The position numbers and the translations under genes are program-made. The notes beneath the pieces were generated by a model, which saw only the letters and a list, made by a program, of their open reading frames with translations, was not told where the DNA came from and did no database searches. Positions 25,490 to 34,442 of a stretch of DNA of 53,857 nucleotides are shown here, piece after piece. Origin of the DNA: an uncultured Pseudomonadota bacterium. Lineage in GTDB: Bacteria; SAR324; NAC60-12. How positions within the stretch are numbered: position 1 is the stretch's first letter; every line of letters begins with the position of its first letter. Location of the stretch: the NCBI GenBank assembly GCA_964597275.1, contig CAZQXS010000007.1, positions 1 through 53,857 on the forward strand, read 5' to 3'.

Positions 25490-26284
25490 ATGGCAGACCT
25501 GCTCAATTACGACGCGACCCAGCTTCTGGTCTTCATCCTGGTGCTGGTGCGCGTCAGTGGCATCATTGCAACCGCGCCCGTGCTGGGCAGCAACGCCATG
25601 CCGATGCAGGTCCGCGTGGTGCTTGCGCTGGTGCTGGCCCTGATCATCCAGCCCTTCACGCCCACCCTCACGGTCTATCCGGACCAGCCCTCCGAATACC
25701 TGCTGCTCATCGCCGGAGAGCTGCTCATCGGGCTGGTGCTGGGCATGATCGGGCAAATGCTCTTTGCCGCCGTCGAGTTCGCCGGCACCGTGATCGGGTT
25801 CCAGATGGGCCTGAGCATGGCCAACGTCTTCGATCCGCAATCGCAGGCGCAAATTTCGCTGGTGGGGCAGTTTGAGCGCGTCTTTGCCACCCTGATCTTT
25901 GTGGCGATGGACGGGCATGTCATCGTCGTGCAGGCCATCGTCCGCAGCTACGACCTCCTGCCTCCGGGCGGGGCGAGCTTCAGCAATCCGCTCACGCAGG
26001 AAATGGTGCGCCTCTCGTCCGGAGTGTTCACGCTAGGCTTCCAGCTTGGAGCGCCGCTCATCACCGCGCTTTTCTTGGCAAACCTGACGATGGCCCTGCT
26101 CGCCCGCTCCGTGCCGCAGATTCAGATTTTCATCGTCGGCTTTCCCCTGACGCTGCTGCTGGGCTTCATCATGCTCATGTTCGGCGTCCCGTTTTTTGCC
26201 CAAGCCCTGCACCGCATGTTTGAGATGTACGACGACCAACTGCTCAACATGCTGCACATCCTTGCAGGTCCAGACACTCCCTAA
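25490..26284 (+). CDS. fliR: flagellar biosynthetic protein FliR
   Basis: Start at MADLLNYDATQLLVFILVLVRVSGIIATAPVLG (ATG 25490); the track ORF begins earlier at 25397. Polytopic, with a typical FliR N-terminus and length (264 aa). Confidence 0.9.
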   Translation: MADLLNYDATQLLVFILVLVRVSGIIATAPVLGSNAMPMQVRVVLALVLALIIQPFTPTLTVYPDQPSEYLLLIAGELLIGLVLGMIGQMLFAAVEFAGTVIGFQMGLSMANVFDPQSQAQISLVGQFERVFATLIFVAMDGHVIVVQAIVRSYDLLPPGGASFSNPLTQEMVRLSSGVFTLGFQLGAPLITALFLANLTMALLARSVPQIQIFIVGFPLTLLLGFIMLMFGVPFFAQALHRMFEMYDDQLLNMLHILAGPDTP

Positions 26285-26290
26285 TCCACA

Positions 26291-27358
26291 ATGGCCGAAC
26301 AGCAGGGGCAGGAAAAAACCGAACAGCCCACCGAGCGCAAACGCCAGAAGGCGCGGGACGACGGGCAATCCACCTTCAGCAAGGAGTTGTCCTCTGCCTC
26401 GTTGCTGGGCGCGGCGACCCTCACGCTCTACTTCGCCAGCGCGTGGTTGCTGGACGGGGTCCGGGAGATGATGCGCGGCAGTTTCACCGAACTCAAGGTG
26501 GGGCAGGACCTCTCGATTGACGGCACCTACCGGGTTTTAGGCGAATCGTTTTCGGCGATGGCCCCAACGGTGCTGGCGTTGTCCGCCGTGATTGTGTCGG
26601 TCGCCTTCCTCAGTTCCGTGATTCAGGTCGGCTTTCGCTTCACCATCAAGCCCCTCGCGCCGAAGTTCTCCAAGATCAGTCCGCTCACGGGCATCAAGCG
26701 GCTCTTCTCCACCCAAGGGTTGGCGGAACTGCTCAAGAGCCTGGGCAAGCTGGTGATCATCGGACTGATCGGCTACTTCACCTTTGTGGACTTGCTTGAG
26801 GAGGCCAACAGCCTCGCCGTTCTGCCTCCGGAGACGATCATCATCTTCAACTTCCAAGCCGCCGCCGAAATCACCGGGAAGATCGTCCTCGCGCTCTTTG
26901 CCCTCGCCGTCTTCGATTACTTCTACCAGCGCTGGTACCAGGAGCAGCAGATCAAAATGACCAAGCAGGAAGTGAAGGAGGAGACCAAGGAGACGGAAGG
27001 CGACCCGCAGCTCAAGGCCCGCATCCGCCAGATTCAGCGGGAGATGTCCAATGCGCGCATGATGCAGGAAGTGCCCAAGGCGGACGCGCTGGTCGTCAAC
27101 CCGACCCACTTCTCCGTGGCCCTGCTCTACGACCGGGAGGTGATGGAAGCGCCGCAGGTGATTGCCAAAGGAGCGGACTTCCTCGCCCTGCGGATGCGGA
27201 CGGTGGCCAACGAAAACGCCGTGCCGATTGTGGAAAAGCCCGCCTTGGCGCGTGAATTGTACGCCTCGGTAGAGGTGGGGGACTCGATCCCGGAACGCCT
27301 CTTCAAGGCCGTTGCCGAAATCCTTGCCCAAATCTACCGATTACGACCACAACGCTGA
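26291..27358 (+). CDS. flhB: flagellar biosynthetic protein FlhB
   Basis: N-terminus QEKTEQPTERKRQKARDDGQ. Autocleavage site NPTH (VVNPTHFSVAL). 355 aa. Confidence 0.95.
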   Translation: MAEQQGQEKTEQPTERKRQKARDDGQSTFSKELSSASLLGAATLTLYFASAWLLDGVREMMRGSFTELKVGQDLSIDGTYRVLGESFSAMAPTVLALSAVIVSVAFLSSVIQVGFRFTIKPLAPKFSKISPLTGIKRLFSTQGLAELLKSLGKLVIIGLIGYFTFVDLLEEANSLAVLPPETIIIFNFQAAAEITGKIVLALFALAVFDYFYQRWYQEQQIKMTKQEVKEETKETEGDPQLKARIRQIQREMSNARMMQEVPKADALVVNPTHFSVALLYDREVMEAPQVIAKGADFLALRMRTVANENAVPIVEKPALARELYASVEVGDSIPERLFKAVAEILAQIYRLRPQR

Positions 27359-27500
27359 AACCGAGTTTTTCAGGAAAGTGGCTTCAGGCTTGATCTTTTG
27401 GTCAAGAACCGTCAAATTGCGCTGAACCCAGACTTGGCGGTCATTCGGAAGACCCACTAAAACAGGCCGGATGCGGCCCACTTTTGTCTAAGGACCAGCC

Positions 27501-29603
27501 TTGGCAGCAAGCACCCAAACCCTTCCTCTCAACGGGGTCATCCGGAACACGGACGTCATCCTTGCGTCCGGGGTCATTGGGATGTTGCTCATCATGGTGG
27601 TGCCGCTGCCGCAGATCATCCTCGATCTGCTGCTGGCGATGAGCATTTCCATCGGGGTGTTGATCCTCTTCGTCGCCCTCTTCACCGCCAGTTCGCTGGA
27701 GTTCTCATCGTTCCCCACCGTCCTGCTCATCTCCACGCTCTTCCGGCTTTCGCTCAACATCGCCTCCACCCGGCTCATTTTGCTGGAGGGGCATCAGGGG
27801 GCGCACGCCGCCGGGGCGATCATCAAGGCGTTCGGCGAGTTCGTCGTCGGAGGAAACATCATCGTCGGGATCATCGTCTTCTTGATTCTGGTGATCATCA
27901 ACTTCGTCGTGATCACCAAGGGCACGGGACGCATCGCCGAGGTTGCCGCCCGCTTCACCTTGGACGCAATGCCCGGCAAGCAGATGGCCATTGACGCCGA
28001 CCTCAACGCGGGCCTGATTGACGAACAGGAAGCCAAGACCCGCCGTAGCAAGATCCAGCGCGAGTCCGATTATTTTGGAGCGCTTGACGGTGCCAGCAAG
28101 TTTGTGCGCGGAGATGCCATCGCCGGATTGATCATCACCTCCATCAACATTCTGGGCGGTCTCTTGATCGGAACCACGCAGTACGGCATGTCGGCGGGAG
28201 ACGCCTTTGGCTCCTACGCGACGCTGACGGTCGGAGACGGTCTGGTTTCGCAGATTCCGGCATTGATCATCTCGATTGCCGCCGGTATTGCTGTCACCAA
28301 GGCATCCTCCGAAAACCGCATTTCCGAGGATTTGCAGAGTCAGGTTTTCAGCAACACGCAGGCGCTGTTTGTCGTCTCCGCCGTGCTGTTGCTCTTCGCC
28401 TTGATTCCGGGGCTGCCGCCTGTTCCGTTCCTGCTGCTGGCGATCCTCACCTTCTTCCTCGCACAGACCTCCCGGAAGGCACAGGCGCAGCTAGAATTTG
28501 AGAGGGAGCAGGAACAGCAACTTGAATTGCAGCGCGAACTCACGGAAGAGCCGGAAGACGTTGCGGAACTGCTGCCGATTGACGTGCTGGGGCTGGAATT
28601 GGGCTACGGCCTGATCCCGCTCGTGGACGAAGAACAAGACGGGGAACTCCTCAAACGCATCAAGGCAATCCGTCGGCAGACCGCACTCGATTTCGGCTAC
28701 ATCGTCCCGCCCATCCATATCAAGGACAATCTTGAGCTGTCTCCGGGCGAGTACTCGATCACAATCAAGGGCATCGAGGTCGCCCGCGCCGAATTGATGG
28801 TGGGGCACTACCTTGCCATGAAGACCGGGGATGTGGACGAGGAGATTCCGGGAGTGGACACCGTGGAACCGGCCTTTGGGCTTCCGGCGATCTGGATTGC
28901 CGCCGAGGACGAGGAGCGGGCGCAGTTTGCAGGCTACACCGTGGTGGATCAACCCACGGTCCTCGCCACCCACATCACCGAAATCCTCAAGAGCCACGCC
29001 CACGAGTTCATTGGCCGTCAGGAAACCCAGCGGCTGCTCGACAGCTTCGCCAAGAACGAGCCGAAGATTGTGGAGGAACTGGTGCCGGGACAGGTTCCGC
29101 TGGGCACGGTCCAGAAGGTCATCCAGAACCTGCTGCGCGAACAGGTTTCCATCCGCGACCTCCATACCACGCTGGAAACCCTTGCGGACGCCTCCTACGT
29201 CACCAAGGACGCAGACCTGCTCACCGAACACGTCCGGCAGGCACTCTCCCGGCAGATCACCCGGCAGTACCAGACCCCAGACGGAATGCTGCCGCTCATC
29301 ACCTTCAGCCAGGAACTGGAAAACCAGATCGCTGCGGCCATCCAAGACTCTGGACAGGGATCGTATCTGGGACTCAACCCCAACGTGGCCCAGACGGTCA
29401 TCACCCGCATTGACGGACTGCTGGAGCAGTTCACCGTTAACAACTACCAGCCCATCCTGTTGTGTTCCCCACTGATTCGACCGCATGTGAAACGGTTGGT
29501 GGAGCGCTTCATTCCCAATCTGGTGGTGATCTCCCACAACGAGGTCGCCTCGGACGTGCGCATTGAGGCGCTTGGCATGGTACAATTGGGCGGAGAGGAG
29601 TGA
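27501..29603 (+). CDS. flhA: flagellar biosynthesis protein FlhA
   Basis: 700 aa with a TTG start. Conserved FVRGDAIAGLIIT loop, N-terminal TM domain and C-terminal cytoplasmic ring domain. Confidence 0.95.
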   Translation: MAASTQTLPLNGVIRNTDVILASGVIGMLLIMVVPLPQIILDLLLAMSISIGVLILFVALFTASSLEFSSFPTVLLISTLFRLSLNIASTRLILLEGHQGAHAAGAIIKAFGEFVVGGNIIVGIIVFLILVIINFVVITKGTGRIAEVAARFTLDAMPGKQMAIDADLNAGLIDEQEAKTRRSKIQRESDYFGALDGASKFVRGDAIAGLIITSINILGGLLIGTTQYGMSAGDAFGSYATLTVGDGLVSQIPALIISIAAGIAVTKASSENRISEDLQSQVFSNTQALFVVSAVLLLFALIPGLPPVPFLLLAILTFFLAQTSRKAQAQLEFEREQEQQLELQRELTEEPEDVAELLPIDVLGLELGYGLIPLVDEEQDGELLKRIKAIRRQTALDFGYIVPPIHIKDNLELSPGEYSITIKGIEVARAELMVGHYLAMKTGDVDEEIPGVDTVEPAFGLPAIWIAAEDEERAQFAGYTVVDQPTVLATHITEILKSHAHEFIGRQETQRLLDSFAKNEPKIVEELVPGQVPLGTVQKVIQNLLREQVSIRDLHTTLETLADASYVTKDADLLTEHVRQALSRQITRQYQTPDGMLPLITFSQELENQIAAAIQDSGQGSYLGLNPNVAQTVITRIDGLLEQFTVNNYQPILLCSPLIRPHVKRLVERFIPNLVVISHNEVASDVRIEALGMVQLGGEE

Positions 29604-29660
29604 GGAGGGCCGCTGGAGCGCTCCCCGACTTGCTGATCTCCCCGACTTGCTAAGCCGTTC

Positions 29661-30992
29661 ATGAACCTGAAACGCTACCGCGTCACCAACATCCAAGAGG
29701 CCCTCCAGCTCATCAAGCGCGACTTGGGGCCGGAGGCGATCATCGTCTCCACCCGCCAAGTGAAGGAGGGCAAGGGCACCTTCGGGCTGTTTGGGAAAAC
29801 TGTCCTTGAAGTCACCGCCGCCCGCGATGACAAACCCAAGGCCACGCTGTCTTCCGCACTGGGCCGCAACCTCAACGGACAACTCGCGCTGGAGGCGGAG
29901 GAGATCGTGCCGCCTGCCGAAGTCGAAGAACCCCCGCTGCGCCCGCCCCTGTCCACGCCACCGCCAGCACCCGCCCCGCCGCCGCAGGCGGTGGAGCCGC
30001 CTCCTGACATCGATTCAGGTGCCTTGCAGCCCATCCGTCAGGAACTGCAAGGACTCCGGGAAGTGGTCGAGGAACTGAGCAGCCGCACCTCGGCGTTTGA
30101 GGAGTTTTCCAACAACCAGTTGCGGCACGAGTTGGGCGAGATGCGGCACATGCTGCACCTGATGGCGAGCCGGTCTTCGCTCCCGGACGACCTCGACCTT
30201 CAGGAAAACCTGATGATGCTCTACCAGCAGTTGAAGTTCGGAGGGCTGGAGGACAAGTTCTCGCGGCGCTTGGTGTTGGAGGCGCAAAAGAACATCTCGG
30301 AGGAAGACCTCCAGAATTTCTCGTATGTGAAGATTTTCCTCGCACGGATGCTCATGAAGATCATCCGGACCACGGAGGGCATCGAGTACATCAACTCCAC
30401 GCAAAAGGTGGTGGCGCTCATCGGCCCCACGGGCGTTGGCAAAACCACCACGGCGGCGAAAATCGCCTCCGATCAGATGCTCAACCGCAAGCGCCGAGTG
30501 GGGTTGATCACGGTGGACACCTTCCGGATTGCGGCGGTCGAGCAGTTGCGGACCTACGCGAAAATCATCAACGTGCCGTTGCGCATCGTCTCGGATCGTC
30601 AGGAAATGGACAAGGCGGTGGAGAGCTTTTCCGATTGCGACGTGGTGGTCATTGACACGGGCGGCTGCTCCCAGCGTGACGAGGGGCAGATGTTCGAGCT
30701 GCGGGAGATCTTCGACGAGCGCGGACGCATCCACAACCTGCTCGTCCTCAGTTCCACGACCAAGGACAACGACCTCAACGAAATCACCCGCAAGTTCGGC
30801 GTGATGCCCATTGACGGGGTGATCTTCACCAAGCTCGACGAAAGCGCGTCCTACGGAACCATCTTCAACCACGCGATCCGCTTCAAGAAACCCATCTCCT
30901 TCCTGAGCACCGGGCAGAAGGTTCCCGAAGACATCGAGATGGCCACCAAGGAGCGCATGGTGGATTTGCTCCTCAACATCTCCGGAAGCTGA
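29661..30992 (+). CDS. flhF: flagellar biosynthesis SRP-type GTPase FlhF
   Basis: G1 GPTGVGKTTTAAKIA, DTGG (VIDTGGCSQRD), TKLDE. Carries a Pro-rich insert PPAEVEEPPLRPPLSTPPPAPAPPPQAVEPPPD after the B-domain. Confidence 0.9.
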   Translation: MNLKRYRVTNIQEALQLIKRDLGPEAIIVSTRQVKEGKGTFGLFGKTVLEVTAARDDKPKATLSSALGRNLNGQLALEAEEIVPPAEVEEPPLRPPLSTPPPAPAPPPQAVEPPPDIDSGALQPIRQELQGLREVVEELSSRTSAFEEFSNNQLRHELGEMRHMLHLMASRSSLPDDLDLQENLMMLYQQLKFGGLEDKFSRRLVLEAQKNISEEDLQNFSYVKIFLARMLMKIIRTTEGIEYINSTQKVVALIGPTGVGKTTTAAKIASDQMLNRKRRVGLITVDTFRIAAVEQLRTYAKIINVPLRIVSDRQEMDKAVESFSDCDVVVIDTGGCSQRDEGQMFELREIFDERGRIHNLLVLSSTTKDNDLNEITRKFGVMPIDGVIFTKLDESASYGTIFNHAIRFKKPISFLSTGQKVPEDIEMATKERMVDLLLNISGS

Positions 30993-30996
30993 CCCC

Positions 30997-31911
30997 GTGC
31001 CCGCCGTGACTGCCACCACCGATCAGGCTGCGTCGCTCCGCAAGCTGGTCAGTGACTCGAAAGCGCCTGCCGCTCCGCGCAAGGGCCGCGTCATCAGCGT
31101 GACCAGCGGCAAGGGCGGGGTGGGCAAGACGAACATTTCCATCAATCTGGCCTACGCGCTCTCCGCGCTGGGGCGACGGGTGTACCTGCTCGATGCCGAC
31201 CTTGGGCTGGCGAACATTGACGTGCTGCTCAACCTCACTCCGGCCCACACCCTTGACGATGTGCTGGCAGGCGAGAAGGAACTGCGCGACATCGTGACCG
31301 ACGGCCCCGGCAACATCAAAGTGCTGCCCTCCAGTTCCGGAGTGGTGGAGATGGCGGAGTTGGACGAGGACCGCCAGACGCGGCTGCTCGAAAAGCTCAA
31401 GGACCTTGACGACGACATTGACTACCTGATCATTGACACGGGGGCCGGAATCGCCTCCAATGTCTTGCGCTTCAACGTTTGCGCAGATGAGGTCATCCTC
31501 GTCGTCGCCCCGGAGCCGTCCTCGATGACGGACGCCTACTCGGTGATCAAGGTGATGGCGAGCCGCTACAACATCCGCAGCTTCAACCTGCTCGCGAACT
31601 CGCTGGAGTCGCCCAAGCAGGGGGAGCGGGTCTTTGAGCATCTTCAGAAAGTCTCGCGGGATTTCCTGCAACTGGAGTTGAATTACCTCGGCGGCATTCC
31701 ACGAGACACCAAGCTGATGCGGGCGGTGCGCTCCCAGCGTCCTCTGCTGGAGATGTTCCCGGACTCTCCGGCGGCCAAGAGCTTCAAGGCACTGGCGCAG
31801 CACATCGAAACCTCTGCCCTCGCCCCTCGCTCCTTGGCGGAAACTCCCCGGAGCGACAGGCCGCTCCGGTTTTGGGAGCGCATTTTGCAGTGGCGTGAGA
31901 AGAAGGACTAA
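30997..31911 (+). CDS. flhG: MinD/ParA-type ATPase FlhG (FleN/YlxH)
   Basis: Deviant Walker A SGKGGVGKTNISINLA. GTG start 4 nt after flhF. Position between flhF and fliA. Confidence 0.9.
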   Translation: MPAVTATTDQAASLRKLVSDSKAPAAPRKGRVISVTSGKGGVGKTNISINLAYALSALGRRVYLLDADLGLANIDVLLNLTPAHTLDDVLAGEKELRDIVTDGPGNIKVLPSSSGVVEMAELDEDRQTRLLEKLKDLDDDIDYLIIDTGAGIASNVLRFNVCADEVILVVAPEPSSMTDAYSVIKVMASRYNIRSFNLLANSLESPKQGERVFEHLQKVSRDFLQLELNYLGGIPRDTKLMRAVRSQRPLLEMFPDSPAAKSFKALAQHIETSALAPRSLAETPRSDRPLRFWERILQWREKKD

Positions 31912-31979
31912 CACCTCAATCCCAGAAATCATGGAGATTCCCTGACGACCACGCAGGGAGCAACCGCAACTTTCTCGGC

Positions 31980-32885
31980 ATGTCAACCGCACCCCCAAAA
32001 CCTACCCACGACGAGGAGCTTCAGGAGCATTCGCTCACGGAGCCGCCGGAGTCGTCCATCGAGCAAGCTTCGGATGGGCTGGGCGAGTTGCGCGAACCGC
32101 CTGCCCCGCCGCCGCCGGCAAGCAAGGTTGCCAAGCCAAATCCCTACGCCAAGAAAACCCCGCTTGACCGCGAGGCGCAGGTGCTGGAATACACCCCGCT
32201 GATCAAGCGCATCGTCACGCGCATGGCCGCCCGCTTTCCTCCGGGCGTGAATCTGGAGGATCTTTACCAAGCCGGGATGATCGGCCTGCTGGATGCCGTG
32301 GACAAGTTCGATGCCAGCAAAGACGTGCAGTTCAAGACCTATGCGGAGTTCCGGATCAAGGGGGCGGTGCTGGACGAGTTGCGCTCGATGGACTGGGTGC
32401 CGAGGTCCGTGCGCGCCGCCGCCAGCGATTGGGAAAGCGCATGGCGGACGAAGGCTTCGGAGTTGGGACGGGAACCCAGTGATTCGGAAATGGCGGAGCA
32501 GATGGGGCTGTCGCTGAAGGAGTACCACGACTTCCTGATCAAATCCCGGCCCATCCCCCTGCTCTCCATCGAGGAGTTCAATCAGCGCACCGACGACGAG
32601 GAACAGGCCAACCTGCTGGAAATCCTCAAGGATCCCACAGGCAAGGATCCGTTCCAGATGCTCTCGCTCCAGCAGATGCAGGGCAAGCTCGCCGACACCA
32701 TCACCGAGCTTTCTGAGCAGGAGCAGATGGTGCTGGCACTCTACTACAACGAGGAACTCAACCTCAAGGAGGTTGGACAGGTGCTAGGCGTGGTGGAGTC
32801 CCGCGTGTCGCAAATCCGCTCCAAGGCGATCCTCAAGCTGCGGGCCAAACTCCGGGGGGTCATCCTCAACGACGACAGGGACTGA
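31980..32885 (+). CDS. fliA: flagellar sigma factor FliA (sigma-28) with about 60-aa Pro-rich N-terminal extension
   Basis: Region 2: LEDLYQAGMIGLLDAVDKFDASKDVQFKTYAEFRIKGAVLDELRSMDWVPRSVR. Region 4: LNLKEVGQVLGVVESRVSQIRSKAI. An alternative GTG start (QVLEY, near 32170, preceded by GAGG) would remove the extension. However, G/C third-position bias persists through the extension. Confidence 0.88.
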   Translation: MSTAPPKPTHDEELQEHSLTEPPESSIEQASDGLGELREPPAPPPPASKVAKPNPYAKKTPLDREAQVLEYTPLIKRIVTRMAARFPPGVNLEDLYQAGMIGLLDAVDKFDASKDVQFKTYAEFRIKGAVLDELRSMDWVPRSVRAAASDWESAWRTKASELGREPSDSEMAEQMGLSLKEYHDFLIKSRPIPLLSIEEFNQRTDDEEQANLLEILKDPTGKDPFQMLSLQQMQGKLADTITELSEQEQMVLALYYNEELNLKEVGQVLGVVESRVSQIRSKAILKLRAKLRGVILNDDRD

Positions 32886-32889
32886 GCGC

Positions 32890-33114
32890 GTGGAGGCTGC
32901 GGAATCCGCTCAGATTCTAGAAGGCATGGTCGCCCATCAGCGCGAAAAGCTGCTCAAGGTCGCCCGCGAACTCGTGCCCGACGCGACTCCCGAAGACCTC
33001 CGCAATCCCCAAGACTTCTCCGAACTGCTCAACGACCCCCTCTTCAACTACGAGGACGGACTGCTTACCGGACTCCTGAGCGCCCAAGCCGCCCTGCGCA
33101 TTTCCAATTCCTAA
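32890..33114 (+). CDS. hypothetical acidic 74-aa protein immediately downstream of fliA
   Basis: GTG start 4 nt after the fliA stop. MEAAESAQILEGMVAHQREKLLKVARELVPDATPEDLRNPQDFSELLNDPLFNYEDGLLTGLLSAQAALRISNS. No family recognised. Confidence 0.5.
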   Translation: MEAAESAQILEGMVAHQREKLLKVARELVPDATPEDLRNPQDFSELLNDPLFNYEDGLLTGLLSAQAALRISNS

Positions 33115-33129
33115 TGCGGTCAGGCGGGA

Positions 33130-33507
33130 TCACCCCAAAAAGCGGCTCCGGATCGTCTCATCCCACTCCGCAGGAAACTCCGAGTTGCACAGGCGCTTGA
33201 GCAGGTGCTGCAACAGGGTGTCGTCGGCATGATCTTCGATCGTTCTCGAACCCTTGAAGCGCCCCACGCCCTGCTCGGATTCCGGAAGGTTCCGGTTGGT
33301 CTGCCCCAGCCGCACCCCCTGTTCGGGGAGCCACTCCAGCACCACCTCGTCAAAAATGAACTGAATGTAGTGCGGGCGCCGCCGATCATCCACCCAGAGG
33401 AACGCATAGGTGTCCGGATGGTTGTCGCACCCCATGCTGATTTGGTGAAGACCACCGACCACCTCTTCCGATTTCAGGCTGCGGACGACATAAAAGCTGC
33501 GTTGCAT
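33130..33507 (-). CDS. hypothetical protein (125 aa)
   Basis: MQRSFYVVRSLKSEEVVGGLHQISMGCDNHPDTYAFLWVDD... has balanced composition. Preferred over the overlapping Arg/Trp-rich frame 33120..33455. Confidence 0.5.
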   Translation of the reverse strand: MQRSFYVVRSLKSEEVVGGLHQISMGCDNHPDTYAFLWVDDRRRPHYIQFIFDEVVLEWLPEQGVRLGQTNRNLPESEQGVGRFKGSRTIEDHADDTLLQHLLKRLCNSEFPAEWDETIRSRFLG

Positions 33508-33582
33508 GACGGAGGACGGCTTGAGTTTTACCGGGTTTGAGTTAGTTTGACAGGCATTTCAAGAACTCAAGCATAGGCAAGA

Positions 33583-34323
33583 TTGGACGTGAATGCAATA
33601 CCAGTGTTGGTGAACGGCGCCCAAGGGCGCATGGGACAGGAGGCGGTGAAGGCCATCTCTGCAGAATCCGGGCTGGAGTTGGTGGCCCAAGCGGACCTCG
33701 GCGACGACCTTCCAGCGGTGCTGCGGGATTCCGGGGCGCAGGTGGCCGTGGACTTCACCACGGCAGCGGTGGCGTTTGACAACGCCCGCACGCTCATCGA
33801 GTGCGGGGTGCGTCCGGTGATCGGCACCAGCGGCCTGCTTCCGGAGCAGGTTTCCGAGCTTCAGGAACTCTGCCGCCAGCAAAGCATTGGCGGAGTGATC
33901 GCCCCGAATTTTGCGATTGGCGCGGTGCTGATGATGAAGTACGCGGCGGACGCGGCCAAGTACCTTCCGCACGTCGAGGTCATCGAACTGCACCACGACC
34001 GCAAGGCTGACGCGCCTTCTGGAACCGCCGTCAAGACCGCAAACCTGCTCGCCGAAGCCCGTACCCAAGCGCCCATCCCCCTTGATGAAACAGAACTCAT
34101 CCCCGGCGCACGAGGCGGCAAAACCCAAGGCATCCCCGTGCATTCGATCCGGCTCCCCGGACTCGTGGCGCATCAGGAGGTGATCTTTGGCGGCAAAAGC
34201 GAAACCCTCACGATCCGCCACGATTCCATCCACCGCGAATCGTTCATGCCCGGCGTCTGCCTCGCCTGCAAGAAAGCCGTTGAGCTGGACGAACTCGTGT
34301 ACGGACTGGAGCATGTGCTGTAA
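33583..34323 (+). CDS. dapB: 4-hydroxy-tetrahydrodipicolinate reductase
   Basis: NAD(P) motif VNGAQGRMGQ. Signature ELHHDRKADAPSGTA. 246 aa. TTG start, with a GTG two codons later also possible. Confidence 0.9.
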   Translation: MDVNAIPVLVNGAQGRMGQEAVKAISAESGLELVAQADLGDDLPAVLRDSGAQVAVDFTTAAVAFDNARTLIECGVRPVIGTSGLLPEQVSELQELCRQQSIGGVIAPNFAIGAVLMMKYAADAAKYLPHVEVIELHHDRKADAPSGTAVKTANLLAEARTQAPIPLDETELIPGARGGKTQGIPVHSIRLPGLVAHQEVIFGGKSETLTIRHDSIHRESFMPGVCLACKKAVELDELVYGLEHVL

Positions 34324-34355
34324 CGGCCCCATGACGCTTGTGGAGGTGAGATCAT

Positions 34356-34419
34356 GAATCCGCAGATTTCACAGATGGACGCAGATTAGAAGTTTATGCA
34401 ATCTGTGGAATCTGCGGAT
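34356..34419. repeat. imperfect ~20-bp inverted repeat (hairpin) built from CGCAGAT/ATCTGCG units, at the left boundary of the low-GC cassette
   Basis: ATCCGCAGATTTCACAGAT (from 34358) pairs with ATCTGTGGAATCTGCGGAT (to 34419) with one mismatch. The outer 13-mer GAATCCGCAGATT (34356-34368) is the exact reverse complement of 34846-34858. Confidence 0.8.
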
Positions 34420-34442
34420 AAACTTTTACGACTGCATTCTTT

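Noticed and set aside
28491-31998. Minus ORFs 28491..29882, 30015..31019 and 30973..31998 across flhA/flhF/flhG
   Set aside because: The flagellar genes on the plus strand are unambiguous. The antisense frames lack motifs.
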